Shown: positions 14,414-29,091, counted from the stretch's first letter. The stretch: DNA of 64,000 nucleotides from Eledone cirrhosa (GCA_964016885.1 OZ024762.1:15376001-15440000); one strand, 5' to 3'. Program-made: numbers and translations. The notes: generated by a model not told the origin, from the letters alone.

Positions 14414-14449
14414 TCTTCTGATGAAGGACTAGCGTCCGAAACGTCAAGA
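14414..14449 (+). ncRNA. Ultra-minimal hammerhead ribozyme (GAAACGUC type)
   Basis: tctt-CTGATGA-a ggac tagc gtcc-GAAA-c-GTC-aaga, with an acgt palindrome; decayed copy at about 12195. Confidence 0.75.
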
Positions 14450-14550
14450 CCCTCTTCCTGCTATATCAAGCGTTAACCCAATATATCTCTTCCATATACT
14501 GTACCGATTGTGTTGTTATTTTTGTTTAGCTTTTACATTATATATATATG

Positions 14551-14587
<37 letters not shown>

Positions 14588-14647
14588 ATGTATATATATA
14601 TATGTATATATATATTATATACATACATACATGTATATTATATACAT

Positions 14648-14707
<60 letters not shown>

Positions 14708-15142
14708 AATACATACATACATACACACACATATATATAACTATATATATATATAACTATATATATATAACAATATATATATATATATATATAGATATAT
14801 ATAGTTATGTAATAAACAACATAAGATAATTATTTCATTCACGAGTGGTTTCTTGAACAAATTTGTTTTCAGTTGTCAGAATGGAAAAAATCCTGGTGTT
14901 TTTATTGAATGTGGATTTGAAAAACCTATATATATAAAATATGTATATATAAATATATGTATATATAAATATATGTATATATAAAATATGTATATATAAA
15001 TATATGTATATATTATACATATATATATAGTTAAAGAATGAAGAGTAACATGGTTGGCTGTACAATAAGGGCTTTATTGAAAGTACTGACAATTGTTTCG
15101 TTGATCAGGTGAGTCTAGAATTCGCTAATGGCCTGAGGTAAA

Positions 15143-15215
<73 letters not shown>

Positions 15216-15225
15216 GAAAGGTATA

Positions 15226-15271
<46 letters not shown>

Positions 15272-15409
15272 TCTGTGCCATTTTTTAGCTGACTTTTGGG
15301 ATGCTCCCATACAGCTCTGAGTTTTTCAGCCTCAGTGTATACTTATTAATGTTCAGAGCCATCCTCAGCATTCTCGTGTAGCACCCATCCACCATCTGAG
15401 TGAGTTAGC

Positions 15410-15629
15410 TGGACATGCTCACCGACATCCAGAGTTGACATTGCACTCAGTGCTCCTTTGGGAGCCTCTACATGGACACACTAGAAGAGGAAGACCAAGG
15501 TTAACGTATGTTGATGCCCTAAGGACAGACACTGGTCTGTTGGAGATGCAGGACATGGCAGCGATAATGAGGGACAGAGATCGCTGGAGAGAACTCGTCC
15601 ATGGATCTCGGGAATTTTACCCGCCTTAG
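15410..15629 (+). mobile_element. RTE-group LINE 3' end
   Basis: LLWEPLHGHTRRGRPRLTYVDALRTDTGL..MRDRDRWR has the RGRP..W/Y motif of RTE ORF ends; second copy at 24965. Confidence 0.8.
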
Positions 15630-15689
15630 ATATATATATATATATATATATATAATATAAGATCAAAAGATGGTTAAAGGAGTTCCATG

Positions 15690-15760
15690 TATTTTATTAT
15701 GCGCATTTCAAAAACAAACATCATCATGCAATAATATTTGTGTTTTCATCAGATAAAACA
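15690..15760 (-). ncRNA. Hammerhead ribozyme, family A2 (left arm of hairpin 15653-15995)
   Basis: Reverse complement of the + copy at 15886. Confidence 0.75.
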
Positions 15761-15885
15761 GGAGAACATGATATGAAGGCTAAAAAACACTTGTGGATAG
15801 TGCAGTTTTAAATCAACATATCTGATATGTTGATTTAAAACTGCACTATCCACAAGTATTTTTTAGCCTTCATATCATGTTCTCC

Positions 15886-15956
15886 TGTTTTATCTGATGA
15901 AAACACAAATATTATTGCATGATGATGTTTGTTTTTGAAATGCGCATAATAAAATA
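15886..15956 (+). ncRNA. Hammerhead ribozyme, family A2 (right arm)
   Basis: tgttttat-CTGATGA-aaacacaaatattattgcatgatgatgtttgttttt-GAAA-tgcgca-TA-ataaaata, with palindromic tgcgca. Confidence 0.8.
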
Positions 15957-16077
15957 CATGGAACTCCTTTAACTATCTTTTGATCTTATATTATGTATAC
16001 TCCAGTCCTACAAACTGTAGAGTGCTTCTTATCCGATATCTGCATTGCTTTATTGTACTACAATAAAACTCACCTCC

Positions 16078-16136
<59 letters not shown>

Positions 16137-16656
16137 AAGTTTTAGAGATATAACTATATAACTTTTATAACTTTGATAGGTTTCGGCCACTATTGGTCGA
16201 GACCATGTCTAAATTAATAGCACCATCTGACGAAGTCTTTCAATTCATGATATGGAGTCCATGGCCCACTCTAGTAGAGTCATTGTTCTTGGATAACGTT
16301 TATTTCATACAAAGGGGTATTGGGTTGCTATTTCTAGCAGGTCACGGGTACAGACAGAGGTAGAGGCTACTTCCTGGTCTTAACAAACTGCTAGTATTTT
16401 GGGGGGAACGTAAGAGGGTCACACTTGTTTTGAGGGGGGTGGGGTGGAAAGAGGAGGAGAAGGTGAAAGGTAAAAGAAGAAAAGTAAAAACGAAACAAAA
16501 AAGTCAATGTAAAGGTAGCTAACTCCAGACGCTAACCCTAACCCTAACACCAGACCCTAACTCCCTAATATATTTGATATAGAAAGGCTTCTACAGGACT
16601 ACTATGTATTGAGTACCTTACTTACGGTGGTTACCCCCGATTGAACCCGGGATAAA

Positions 16657-16686
<30 letters not shown>

Positions 16687-16690
<4 letters not shown>

Positions 16691-17665
16691 TTTGCGGATA
16701 ATGGTTTAACCATCGTCTCAGTGTGTTTGGCCTTTTAACGTATGTTTATTGCTCTAGTTCACTAGTTTCTATGGAGAGCTTGCCACACATCTCGGAAGTT
16801 GTTTTTCGCTAATTTCCAATAGCCGAAATGCGATTCTCGCTAATTTATATTTGTATTAATCTCCAGAGTCTGGCTATTAACCAGTTAATTTTTTTGATTT
16901 TTTTAGTTAATTCTTGACTGATTAATAGCTTAGGTTAATTTTTTTTAAATATTCTGTTGAGAGCTTAATTCGTTTTGTGATATTTTGCAATTTTGCAATA
17001 ACCACACATACTGAATTCATCCGCCAAGACTAGGGGTTGTCTCCCTTCTAAACCCCCACGTGGTTTAGATAACGGTCAGTCCTTAGCTTAGCATAGAACT
17101 AAATGCCTGTTGAAAAAGTGACTTCCTTGTTCGATCATCATACCAAAAGCTTAACATTATATGTTTAAGAGGGCGGTGGATTGGCAGTATCGGTAGAGGG
17201 TTGGACGCCATGCTTTGACGCATAGAGTTACGGCCCTTGCCATTCTGAGTTCAAATCCCGCCGAGGTAAACTTTGCCTTTCATCCTTACGGGGTCGATAA
17301 AATAAAGTACCAGTAATGTACTGGGTAATTGTGGTCTTGTGCCAAAAGTAGAAACAATTATTTGTTTAAGCAGACAGTACCTGATTTAGGAGTTGCAGAA
17401 ACCCCATATTGGATTTTACCACCGTTTCCAGGGGTCCGGGTATATGTTTCAATCATATTTTATTACTTGTTTGACCCGAATAGCTTGGTCGTTTATACGG
17501 CTTTGCGGATAATGGTTTAACCATCGTCTCAGTGTGTTGGCCTTTTAACGTATGTTTATTGCTCTAGTTCACTAGTTTCTATGGAGCACTTGCCACACAT
17601 CTCGGAAGTTGTTTTTCGCTAATTTCCAATAGCTGAAATGCAATTCTCGCTAATTTATATTTGTT
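16687..17665. mobile_element. Element with ~165-bp terminal direct repeats (16687-16852, 17499-17664), hosting a SINE
   Basis: ggctttgcggataatggtttaacc...gctaatttatatttg occurs at both ends; a partial second copy lies at 53697-54220. Confidence 0.7.
17172..17358 (+). mobile_element. SINE family 1, full length
   Basis: Box A-like tggcagtatcggta, box B gagttcaaatccc, body ctttgcctttcatccttacggggtcgataaaataaagtacc, and TSD attat(a/t)tgtttaag. Confidence 0.9.
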
Positions 17666-17824
17666 TTATATATATAAATATATATTTATTAAAATAACAG
17701 ATTAAAGTTTAAGCAAAGAATCGCTGCTTTCACCCTTAACGAGATCTTATATATTTGATATATATTTATCCTTATCGAGCCCTCTTTGGATTTTAGTCTT
17801 CAAATTTATTATTTTTACTATTAT

Positions 17825-17899
<75 letters not shown>

Positions 17900-17902
<3 letters not shown>

Positions 17903-18086
17903 CGAAGGAAATGTGGTACGGAAGTACTCAATACTTAGGGTAGTAGAGTGGGTAATAGGAACGAGTAGGACCCCGACGGCTGAGCTCAAGCCGTTTCGAC
18001 GGCTAATTCTGGACTAAAGTAGAGTAGTCCAGAATTACCCGTCGAAACGGCTTGTGCTCAGCCGTCGGGGTCCTACTCGTTCCTAT
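17900..18086. mobile_element. Family F foldback element (inverted repeat 17955-18086)
   Basis: aggaccccgacggctgagctcaagccgtttcgac is mirrored; other copies at about 21808, 22012, 29505, 30178, 31030, 42630 and 46530. Confidence 0.8.
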
Positions 18087-18139
18087 ATATATATATATAT
18101 ATATATATTACAGATAGATACATAGACAAACAAAGAGAC

Positions 18140-18190
<51 letters not shown>

Positions 18191-18571
18191 CAGACTAACA
18201 GAGTCAGGTAGACTAAGTAAAATAATAGGTAGAAGAGGGGGGTAGGTGGCGTGGGGTATGCGGAAGAGAGACAGGGCGAGAATAGAAACAATAGTAATGT
18301 GTATAGAGGGAGGGAGTAGAGAGTAGTAAGGTGGTTAGGGAGGATGAGTGAGAGAGAGGGAGAGTAGAGAGTGAGAAAGAGAAATAGGTAAAGAGAGAGA
18401 GGGGGAGGGAAAGAGAGAGAGAGAGGGGAGGAAGAGTGACAGAGAGAGAGAGAGAGAAGAGTAGACGGGAGAGAAAGAGGTTTCTGTATATAAGTGTGTG
18501 TGTGTGTGTGGTGTGTGTGTGTGTGTGTGTGTGTGTGTGCATATATATATATATATACATATGTGCATTTA

Positions 18572-18611
<40 letters not shown>

Positions 18612-18755
18612 TATGTGTGTGTGTGTCTGTGTATGTCTTTATGTATGTTTGTATGTATATATGAATGTACAATGTACATGTATATACATGCAGGCATATA
18701 TGTACTAGTGTATATATATGTGTGTGTGTGTGTGATTGTGTGTGACTGTGTGTGT

Positions 18756-18835
<80 letters not shown>

Positions 18836-18999
18836 ATGTGTGTGTGTGTGTGTATCTGTGAGTGTGTAGAAAGTTTGAGTAAGGGAAGAGTTGAGAGTGA
18901 AAGAGAAATGCGAATATATCACACACATATATATACACACACACACACACATATATATACACACACACTCACACATATATATATATATATATATATGTG

Positions 19000-19401
19000 A
19001 GTGTGTATGTGTATGTGTGCCTGTATATATATATATATATGTCTGTGTGTGTCTGTATATATGTGTATGTGTGTATGCCTGTGTGTATATATGTGTGTAT
19101 GTGTATGTATGTATATATGTATGTATGTATGTGTGTATGTATGTATGTATGTATGTGTGTATGTATGTATGTATGTATGTATGTGTGTGTGTGTGTATGT
19201 ATGTGTATGTTTGTACGTATGTATGTATGTATGTATGTATGTGTGTGTATGTATGTATGTATGTATGTGTGTATGTATGTATGTATATATGTATATATGT
19301 AAGTATTCGTGTATGTATGTATGTATATATATGTATGTGTATGTATGTATATATGTATGTGTATGTATGTTTGTACGTATGTATGTATGTATGTATGTAC
19401 G

Positions 19402-19435
<34 letters not shown>

Positions 19436-19944
19436 TGTATGTATGTATGTATGTATGTATGTGTGTATGTATATATGTATGTGTATGTTTGTACGTATGT
19501 ATGTATGTATGTATGTATGTATGTATGTATGTATGTATGTGTATGTATGTATGTATGTATGTATGTATGTATGTATGTGTGTATGTATGTATGTATGTAT
19601 GTATGTATGTATGTATGTACTTATATATGTTTGTATGTATGTATGTATGTATGTATGTATGTATGTATGTATGTATATATGTATGTGTGTATGTATGTAT
19701 GTTTGTATGTATGTATGTGTGTATGTATGTGTGTGTGTATGTGTGTGTGTATGTATGTGTGTATGTATGTGTGTTTGTATGTATGTGTGTGTGTATGTAT
19801 GTGTGTATGTATGTGTGTATGTATGTGTGTGTGTATGTATGTATGTGTGTATGTATGTGTGTATGTATGTGTGTATGTATGTATGTATGTATGTATGTAT
19901 GTATGTATGTATGTATGTATGTGTGTATGTATGTGTGTGTGTGT

Positions 19945-19975
<31 letters not shown>
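19000..19975. repeat. (TATG)n/(TG)n microsatellite
   Basis: Direct reading. Confidence 0.95.
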
Positions 19976-19976
<1 letters not shown>

Positions 19977-20680
19977 TGTGTTCTTGTCTGTGGAGTCGAC
20001 ACTGAAACAAGTGAGATTTGAGAGTGAATGAAAAGACGTCCAGCTGTTTTTGTCAGGAGAAAAACTATTTTAACTGTAAAACAACAACAACGACAACAAC
20101 AACAATAACAGTTGGTGGTGGTGGTGGTGGTGGTGAGATTGTTTTTAATCATCGGAGAGAGAGAGTGGTGAGAGGGGGAGAAAGAGGGAGTGTGGCAGGG
20201 GAGAGAGAGAGATGGAGAGAGAGGAAGTGAGTGAATGAGAGAGGGGGAGTGGGAGGAGAGAGAGAGGGAGGCGAGAGTGAGGAAGGGAGAGAGAGAGAGA
20301 GAGAAGAGGGAAGTGAGAGAGAAAGAAGAAGAGGGGAGAGAGAAAGAGAGAGAGAGAGAGAAAGGGGGAGAGGGAGACCCGAGGGAAGAGAGTGAAGAGA
20401 GAGAGAGAGAGAGAAGCTAGAGAGAGAGAGAAGCTAGAGAGAGAGAGTGAGGAGAGAGAGAAAAAAGAAGAGGGAAGGGAGAGAGAGTGAGAAACGGAAA
20501 GAAGAAAGAGAAAAGGGAAGAAACAGAGAGTGAGACGAGTGAGACCAGAGAGACGAGAGAGAGAGAGGGGGGAAGAGAGAGATAGAGAGATGAAGAGAGA
20601 AGAGGGAGGAGGCGTAGAAGTAGAAGAAGAAAAAGGAAAGAGGTAGAAGTGTGATGTGTTTTTTTGTCTCAGTTAGTAGA

Positions 20681-21212
20681 ATGACAGCTTTACGGAGCGG
20701 CGTCTGCACGGCTCTGCTGTTTTCGGTGTTTTTTCTCACCGGGGTTGTCGTCTGTTCAGGCCTCGGCCTGGTTGGCGACAACGATGAGGTCTACAACAAC
20801 GGGATGACTCTGGTCGGAGAGAACCGCTGGGACGGTATGGGAATGGAGAAAACCCATTGCATCGACACACCAGATTCACTGGAAGTGTGTAAGGACATCG
20901 GATACAGTCAAATGAGGCTTCCCAACTTGTTGGACCACAGCAGTTTACCCGAGGTAGTGCAACAGTTCAGTTCTTGGAGACATCTAATCGGTCGTAAATG
21001 TAGTCCTCACACCAGACTTTTCCTCTGTTCGCTTTTTACGCCGGTTTGTTTAGACAGGAAGATATTTCCGTGTCGTTCGCTCTGTAACTTAGTGAAGGAC
21101 AGCTGTGAAGATATTATGAAACAGTGGGGCTACCCTTGGCCAGATATGCTTAAATGTGATAAGTTCCCGTCACAAAACGACCTCTGTATCGATTCCCAGC
21201 ATATTGATGCAG
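20681..21212 (+). CDS. SFRP: Secreted frizzled-related protein (sFRP1/2/5-like), first coding exon: signal peptide and Frizzled CRD
   Basis: Hydrophobic leader MTALRSGVCTALLFSVFFLTGVVVCS, then a ten-Cys CRD: C..IGYSQMRLPNLLDH..EVVQQ..SW..FLCSLFTPVCLDR..PCRSLC..VKDSC..GYPWPDMLKCDKFP..NDLCI. Donor cag|GTAAGA at 21213, phase 1. An alternative in-frame ATG lies at 20654. Confidence 0.93.
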
Positions 21213-21337
21213 GTAAGATAAACAAACAAACAAGCAAAAAACAAAAAAAAAAATCAATATTTTAGTACTTTCTATCTTTTGTTGTTTTTTTTTCAGTATC
21301 GGTATTTACAATTATCTGTCTATCAGCCTGCCTATTT

Positions 21338-21400
<63 letters not shown>

Positions 21401-21465
21401 CCTCTCACTCTCTCTCTCTATACATATATGTATGTATATATATACACACACACGTGTATATATAT

Positions 21466-21496
<31 letters not shown>

Positions 21497-21509
21497 ATTA
21501 ATATAGAAA

Positions 21510-21560
21510 GGCTTCTACAGGACTAGAACTGTTTCATTCGGTAGAAATCATCAGGAAGCC
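21510..21560 (-). ncRNA. Hammerhead ribozyme, family C (inverted partner 21560-21604 lacks the 5' strand of stem I)
   Basis: Reverse complement reads ggcttc-CTGATGA-tttc tacc gaat-GAAA-cag ttctagtc ctg-TA-gaagcc (GUA site). Confidence 0.8.
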
Positions 21561-21709
21561 TGATGATTTCTCCGAAATGAAACAGTTCTAGTCCTGTAGA
21601 AGCCTTTCAATATTAAATATTTATACTCTGCTTTGTATTCAGTACCTTACTTACTGTGGTTACCCCCAATTGGACCCTGGATAAACTCATATATATGTAT
21701 ATATATATG

Positions 21710-21740
<31 letters not shown>

Positions 21741-21807
21741 GTATATATATATGTATATATATATATGTATATATATATATGTATATATATATACATACAT
21801 ATATATA

Positions 21808-22180
21808 GAAAAAGAGTCAGGACCCCGACGGCTGAGCTCCGGCCGTTTCGACAGCTATTGTCGAAACGGCCGGAGCTCAGCCGTCGGGGTCCTGACTCTT
21901 TTCTTATTACCCACTCTACTGCTCTAAGTATTGAGTACTCTGTTGAGTGATGGTCTAGTTGGTTCCTTACCATACTTCATTCGTTATATATATATATATA
22001 TAGATATATATGAAAAGATTCAGGACCCCGACGGCTGAGCTCCGACCGTTTAGCTGTCGAAACGGCCGGAGCTCAGCCGTCGGGGTCCTGAATCTTTTCA
22101 TATTACCCACTCTATTACCCCAAGTATCGAGTACTCTGGTGGGTTATGGTCTAGCTGGTTTTTACCACACCCTATCTGAT
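21808..22180. mobile_element. Two adjacent family F foldback elements
   Basis: Inverted repeats at 21808-21903 and 22012-22100, each followed by a tattacccactct...gagtactct tail. Confidence 0.8.
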
Positions 22181-22549
22181 ATATTTATATGTGTGTGTAT
22201 GTATATATATGTATATGTGTATTTATGTATATTCATTGATTTATTTATTCAATTTAAACGTCCGTATAGAGCTAGTAAGCCATGGGAGACTCGGGGAAGT
22301 ATCGAATACTCCTTACAGTTGGTAATCAAATAGAGTAAGTGAGACAAGTAATAAAAAAAAAATCCTTAAAAAAACCCCTAAAAATAGGGAAAAAAATTAT
22401 ATATATATATATATATATATTAATATAGAAGAGCTTCTACAGGACTAGAACTGTTTCATTCGTGAGAAATAATCAGAGAAAACATTTATACTCTGCTATG
22501 TATTGAGTATCTTACTTACTGTGGTTACCCCCGATTGATCCCGGAATAA

Positions 22550-22637
<88 letters not shown>

Positions 22638-22907
22638 TGTATGTATGTATATATATATATATAGATGTAGATATATATATATATATATGTATGTCTATAT
22701 ATATATATTTATATATATATGAGGCTTATGTGTATGTATGTTCGTAGTCATGTCATATTTGGGTTTGACCCTGTCTAGACTTATCACTACAGCACAGAGA
22801 GTGTATATAATGACAAATTTATTATATACACTCATAAAAATACATTCTTCAAGTAGGCATGCATATATTCAGCCGGGCATATCAAATATTCGTATAAACA
22901 TACATAC

Positions 22908-22977
<70 letters not shown>

Positions 22978-22991
22978 TCATATATATACAT

Positions 22992-23065
<74 letters not shown>

Positions 23066-23128
23066 TTATATATATATGTGTGTGTGTGTGTATACACATA
23101 ATACATATATATACATATACATCCATAC

Positions 23129-23160
<32 letters not shown>

Positions 23161-23380
23161 TATGAGATACATACACATATACATACAAACATACATACAT
23201 ATATATATACACACATACTTACTCAAGATCTTAGTGCACATGTCACACACACACACACACATACACACACATAACACACACACACATACACACACATAGC
23301 ACACACACATGGTACTATGGTGCTTATATTACTAGGTTTATGATCGTAAGTTCTATGATAGAAACTGTAAGGGATTTATA

Positions 23381-23417
<37 letters not shown>

Positions 23418-23436
23418 CTGACAGAAAAATGTGTGC

Positions 23437-23481
<45 letters not shown>

Positions 23482-23486
<5 letters not shown>

Positions 23487-23597
23487 GTTTCTACATTTGG
23501 CACAAGGCCAGCAAAAACCCAGTGCATTACTGGTACTTTATTTTATCGACCTCCCGCAAGTATGAAAGGCAAAGTTAACCTCGGCGGGATTTGAACT
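23482..23597 (-). mobile_element. SINE family 1, 3' part
   Basis: Identity to the 17172 copy. Confidence 0.85.
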
Positions 23598-23604
23598 GTA
23601 TATG

Positions 23605-23635
<31 letters not shown>

Positions 23636-23727
23636 TGTATATGTATATATGTATGAATATATGTATATATATATATATATATATATCTGTGTATATATAT
23701 ATGTGTGTGTGTATGTGTATGGTTGTA

Positions 23728-23770
<43 letters not shown>

Positions 23771-24214
23771 CTATATATGTATGAATATATGTATATATAT
23801 ATGTGTGTATATATATGTGTGTGTGTATGTGTACGGTTGTATGTATATGTGTGTGTGTGTATATATGTGTATATCTATATATGTATGAATATATGTATAT
23901 ATATATATATATGTGTGTGTATATATATATATGTGTGTGTGTATGTGTACGGTTGTATGTATATGTGTGTGTGTCCTCCATAAATCAAGACTGTTTGGCA
24001 ATGATTTCAGCCAAATTTGCCTTCAAATCCAATCCAGATTATCATGACTTTCTATATCGATACCTTTAATCGATACACAAGACGATAGAAGATGCAATAT
24101 AATTATACAGATATAATTTTAGTGTATATGAACTTCCTTCATAAACATATCAGAGCTTCCATTACAGATTGAGATACGAGGTGGGGTGCTTAACTATATA
24201 TACACTACGGTGCT

Positions 24215-24675
24215 TTACGGTCTGAGTTCAAATCCCGCCGAGGTTAACTTTGCCTTTCATCCTTACGGGAGGTCGATAAAATAAAGTACCAGTAATGCAC
24301 TGAGGTAATTGCTGGCCTTGTGCCAAAAGTAGAAAAAATTACTATTATTATTATTGGTGGTTTGGCAGAATCGGTAGAGGGTCGGACACCATGCTTTGCA
24401 GCATAGAGTTATGGCCTTTTACGTTCTTCGTTCATATCCCGCCGAGGTTAGCTTTGCCCGTCATCCTTACAAGGTCGATAAAATAAAGTACCAGTAATGC
24501 ACTGGGTAATTTGCTGGCCTTGTGCCTAAAGTAGAAACCATTATTAATAGCATACGCTTTTTTATCACCAATCTGAGACTGAGAAAGACATTTTGCCTGT
24601 CATCCTTACGATAAAATAAAGTACCAGTAATACACTGGGATAATTGCTGGCCTTGTGCCAAAACGTAGAAACAAT
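24215..24675 (+). mobile_element. Three tandem SINE family 1 copies or fragments
   Basis: gataaaataaagtaccagtaa..gctggccttgtgcc recurs at about 24275, 24477 and 24610. Confidence 0.85.
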
Positions 24676-24903
24676 GATACCAACATATTTAGGGTCAATA
24701 GAGAATCAATGTAGTAGAAACTAAGTACAAGTATATTGGAACCAATTATTGGAGGGGCTTAACACTTAAACGGCTCTTAGTGCCGGAAGGCTTCCATATA
24801 CACAAAAATGAAAGTGTTGTATATATATATGGTCCCGTAACTCCTAATAGAGACGTAGGGGCGCCTTCAACTCCCACCACCAGAAGTTATGAGTCCATTG
24901 ACA

Positions 24904-24963
<60 letters not shown>

Positions 24964-24964
24964 C

Positions 24965-25125
24965 AACTCTGGACACACTAGAAGAAGAAGACCAAGATTA
25001 ACGTATGTTGATGCCTTAAGGACAGACACTGGTCTGTTGGAGATACAGGACATGGCAGCGATAATGAGGGACAGAGACCGCTGGAGAGAACTCGTCCATG
25101 GATCTCTGGAATTTGACCCGCCTTA
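24965..25125 (+). mobile_element. RTE-group LINE 3' end, second copy
   Basis: Near-identical to 15470-15629. Confidence 0.8.
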
Positions 25126-25320
25126 GATAGATATATATATATAAAAAACATGAGAAGAAAGAAAAATACTGCGTGGTTGCACATGGGTTACATATGATAA
25201 AAATAGTCCTTCGTCAGTGATTTGCCAACCATCATTGATATTTCATCGCAATGGCTATCATCGAAATATATATAGCAGTAAATAAAGGATTATGAGTTCA
25301 TGCAATTGACTTATGTTTCG

Positions 25321-25359
<39 letters not shown>

Positions 25360-25361
<2 letters not shown>

Positions 25362-25415
25362 TGCTATATATATTTCGATGATAGCCATTGAATGGCTATG
25401 ACCTCATCAGGCAGT
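25360..25415 (-). ncRNA. Hammerhead ribozyme, family D variant
   Basis: Reverse complement reads actgc-CTGATGA-ggtc atagcca ttcaa tggctat catc-GAAA-tatata-TA-gcagt. Confidence 0.8.
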
Positions 25416-25531
25416 TAGTCAGTTCTTAGATATGCCAGCTCTGTGTTTATAGTGTTGATAGTATCAGAGCCTTGGGAGTGCTCCCTATCCGCATACTGAA
25501 GTACTGGATTTTACCAACACTTACTTTCTTG

Positions 25532-25599
<68 letters not shown>

Positions 25600-25932
25600 T
25601 GGAGGCTTAGTAAAATCGAATCTTTGGCTGTGGGCAAGCAAAGTCGACCTACAATATGAATGAGTTAGCAAAGCACTCAATAAGGGTAGGTCCTTAGAGT
25701 AATAACATACGTTTAAATAGCTTGACAAATTGAACATTGTGGTAGGCAAAACCTAACACGCAATACCAAAGTAACGAAAAAACTAACAGGTTGAAATATA
25801 TAAGCAAAGGGATATTTACTTTGTTGGTAACTCAACAAATATATTTATAACAGATTCGAAGCACTCGACAGATTTTCTGGAGTATAATATCAATGATTCC
25901 TGGGTATGTCACTATTGATAAAAAGAACTTTG

Positions 25933-25993
25933 TATTTTATCTGATGAGAGCGTACCAAAGTTTTGGTGCCCTTGAAATATATATAATAGAATA
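25933..25993 (+). ncRNA. Hammerhead ribozyme, family A
   Basis: tattttat-CTGATGA-gagcgtacca aagttt tggtgccctt-GAAA-tatata-TA-atagaata. Confidence 0.8.
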
Positions 25994-26034
25994 AATATGG
26001 CTTTATAAATATAGTTTCCATTTATTGATATCAT

Positions 26035-26096
<62 letters not shown>

Positions 26097-26099
<3 letters not shown>

Positions 26100-26403
26100 G
26101 CCTTGCAATCGAAAGGTTGTGAGTTCAATTCTCAGACCGGGTGATGTGTTGTTTCCTTGAGCAAGACACTTTATTTCACATTGCTCCAGTTTACTCAGCT
26201 GTAGAAATGAGATGATAGGGACTGGGGTCCCTATCATTCCACTGCAAAGTGGTCCTGGAGGTGCCACGGCAAAAAAAGCACCCAGCACTCACTGTAAATG
26301 AGGTTGGTGTTAGGAAGGGCATCCAGCTGTAGAAATCAAGCCAGAATCAGTTCCCGTCCCACCCTTGCAAGCAGGGAGAAGCGGACGTAAAATGATGATG
26401 ATG
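26097..26403 (+). mobile_element. tRNA-derived SINE family 2 (CORE-like), 5'-truncated
   Basis: Box B gagttcaattc, CORE-like ccttgagcaagacactt, and tail gacgtaaaatgatg; near-identical to 29092. Confidence 0.8.
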
Positions 26404-26510
26404 GTGTGTGTGTGTGTGTGTGTGTGTGTATGGTATAGTCCCGTAACCCCTGATAGAGTGGTAGGAACGCCATATTTACATACAGCGTTTCTTGGGCATT
26501 TTAAGGCTGA

Positions 26511-26657
26511 TGGAGCCCATCCCTCTCCAGGCCTGACCTGGTGGGGCCCATCCCTCTCCAGGCCTGACCTGGTGGAGCCCATCCCTCTCCAGGCCTGACC
26601 TGGTGGGGCCCATCCCTCTCCAGGCCTGACCTGGTGGGGCCCATCCCTCTCCAGGCC
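26511..26657. repeat. 31-bp minisatellite, about 4.7 copies
   Basis: Unit cccatccctctccaggcctgacctggtgggg. Confidence 0.95.
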
Positions 26658-27345
26658 CGAGTACTGCAGATTTATTCCAGAGAAAGGTAGAAAGAGATAG
26701 AGAGAGGAAATGATATAGAAAGAGATATAGAGGAAGAATCAACCCCAGTATTAGACTGGTACTTTTGTTATCGACCTTGAAAGGATGAAAAGCAAAGTTG
26801 ACCTCGGCGGGATTTGAACTCCGAGAGCTGAGAGTTGGATCGAACACCATAAAGTATTCTATCTGACAATTCGCCGCGAAAGTGTTATAACTGAGGCCAA
26901 TAATCAATCAAACATTAAAATATCGATTTCTTTATTTACGTGTACATGTAGTGGCTTAGTGCTTAGAGAAATGGATTCTCAATCGTGAGGTTGTGAGTTC
27001 AATTCCCGGGTTGGGTGATGCGCTGTATCCTTGAGCAAGACACTTTATTTCACGATGCTCCTTCTTCTGCCAGTAGTTGCAACAAGTAGATAGTATCAGC
27101 AATATGAAAGACTAATGGAAACATTGTTTCCTCGGTCCGATTTGAGGAGTTCCACCCCATTCTGTAAACGAATGAGTTCTGGGATATTATGATATTATTG
27201 ATCTATTACTTATCAGTAGTTAATAAGTGTAAAATTGATTGTGAAATATTATTGATTGTCAATTTTAACTTTTGTTTCATTCAGTGCTTCGTTTCCCTAT
27301 ATTTTACACAGTGGTTTCTACTTGATGTAATGAGATGTAATTAAT

Positions 27346-27375
27346 GACCCGTGCAACGCCGGGTAAAACACCTAG
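27346..27375 (+). mobile_element. Helitron 3' terminus
   Basis: Hairpin acccg-tgcaacgc-cgggt followed by CTAG|T; resembles the 5585 end. Confidence 0.55.
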
Positions 27376-27380
27376 TTGCA

Positions 27381-27417
<37 letters not shown>

Positions 27418-27444
27418 TGTGTGTATATATATATATATATATAT

Positions 27445-27511
<67 letters not shown>

Positions 27512-27554
27512 TACATATGTACATACAACTAACTAATACTCACACACACAAATG

Positions 27555-27646
<92 letters not shown>

Positions 27647-27785
27647 TATGTATGTGTGTATATATATATATACATGTGTGTGTGTGAGTATTAGCTAGCT
27701 GTGTACATATGTATGTATTTCTGTTTACCTTTTACATACATACACACATATATATATATATATATATATACACAAACACACAAAC

Positions 27786-27856
<71 letters not shown>

Positions 27857-28094
27857 ACGTTTGTCTGCATATTTATATATTTGCGCATGTCTGAATATTA
27901 TGACTTGCACTTGTGAAGAAATAAGATTATCTCGTTGCTATGGGTTACCCCCTCTCCTACCTCTCTCCCCCTCCCCCCTCTCCATCATTCCTTATCTCTA
28001 TACTACACAACCTACCCCACGGTTATCTATACATACATGCGGGTGTATACTCATTCATTTAAATATCGTTCTCTCAATGTCTAAGTACGAATAC

Positions 28095-28125
<31 letters not shown>

Positions 28126-28704
28126 TGTATGTATGTACGTATGTATGTATGTATATAGGTATGTATGTATGTATGTATGTATGTATGTATGTATGTATGT
28201 ATGTATGTATGTATGTATGTATGTAGGTATGTATATAGGTATGTATATATGTATGAATGTATGTATGTATGTATGTATGTATGTATGAATGTATGTATGT
28301 ATGTATGTACGTATGTATATAGGTATGTTTATAGGTATGTATATATGTATGAGTGTATGTAAGTATGTATGTATGTATATATGTATATAGGTATGTATGT
28401 ATATAGGTATGTATATATGTATGTATTTAAATATGTAAGTATGTGTGTTTGTATGTATGTGTTTATGCATATATGTATGTATATATAACTATATATATAT
28501 GTGTATATATATATATTTTTATATATATTATATATATATATGTGTATATATATATATTGGGGTATATTTTGGGAGAGTTGTGATGCCATTAGGTAGCGTG
28601 GCTCTCCCAGAGTAGAACAGTATCGGTTTCAACATAGGATTTCACATCAAACATCTTGCAAGACAAATACATAACCAAGTACACATGCACATGTATGTAT
28701 ACAT

Positions 28705-28747
<43 letters not shown>

Positions 28748-28754
28748 CACACAC

Positions 28755-28787
<33 letters not shown>

Positions 28788-28795
28788 TATATATA

Positions 28796-28839
<44 letters not shown>

Positions 28840-29058
28840 TATATATATACACTGTATATACATCAATACCGACACACTGGCATATTACTTAGTAATTATC
28901 TAATGTATCTAATGCGTGCACTATGTGTAATAATTTGCACTTTCTCAACTGCAAGCTAATCTCATTGAACGAGAAAGAGATGTGACCGGGATCACTGAGA
29001 TAAATTGGGTGACTTTCCTACAATGCACGTATATATATATATATATATATATATAAAG

Positions 29059-29090
<32 letters not shown>

Positions 29091-29091
29091 C

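Noticed and set aside
16532-16568. Telomeric (CCCTAA)n
   Set aside because: Only a few degenerate units; not a telomere.
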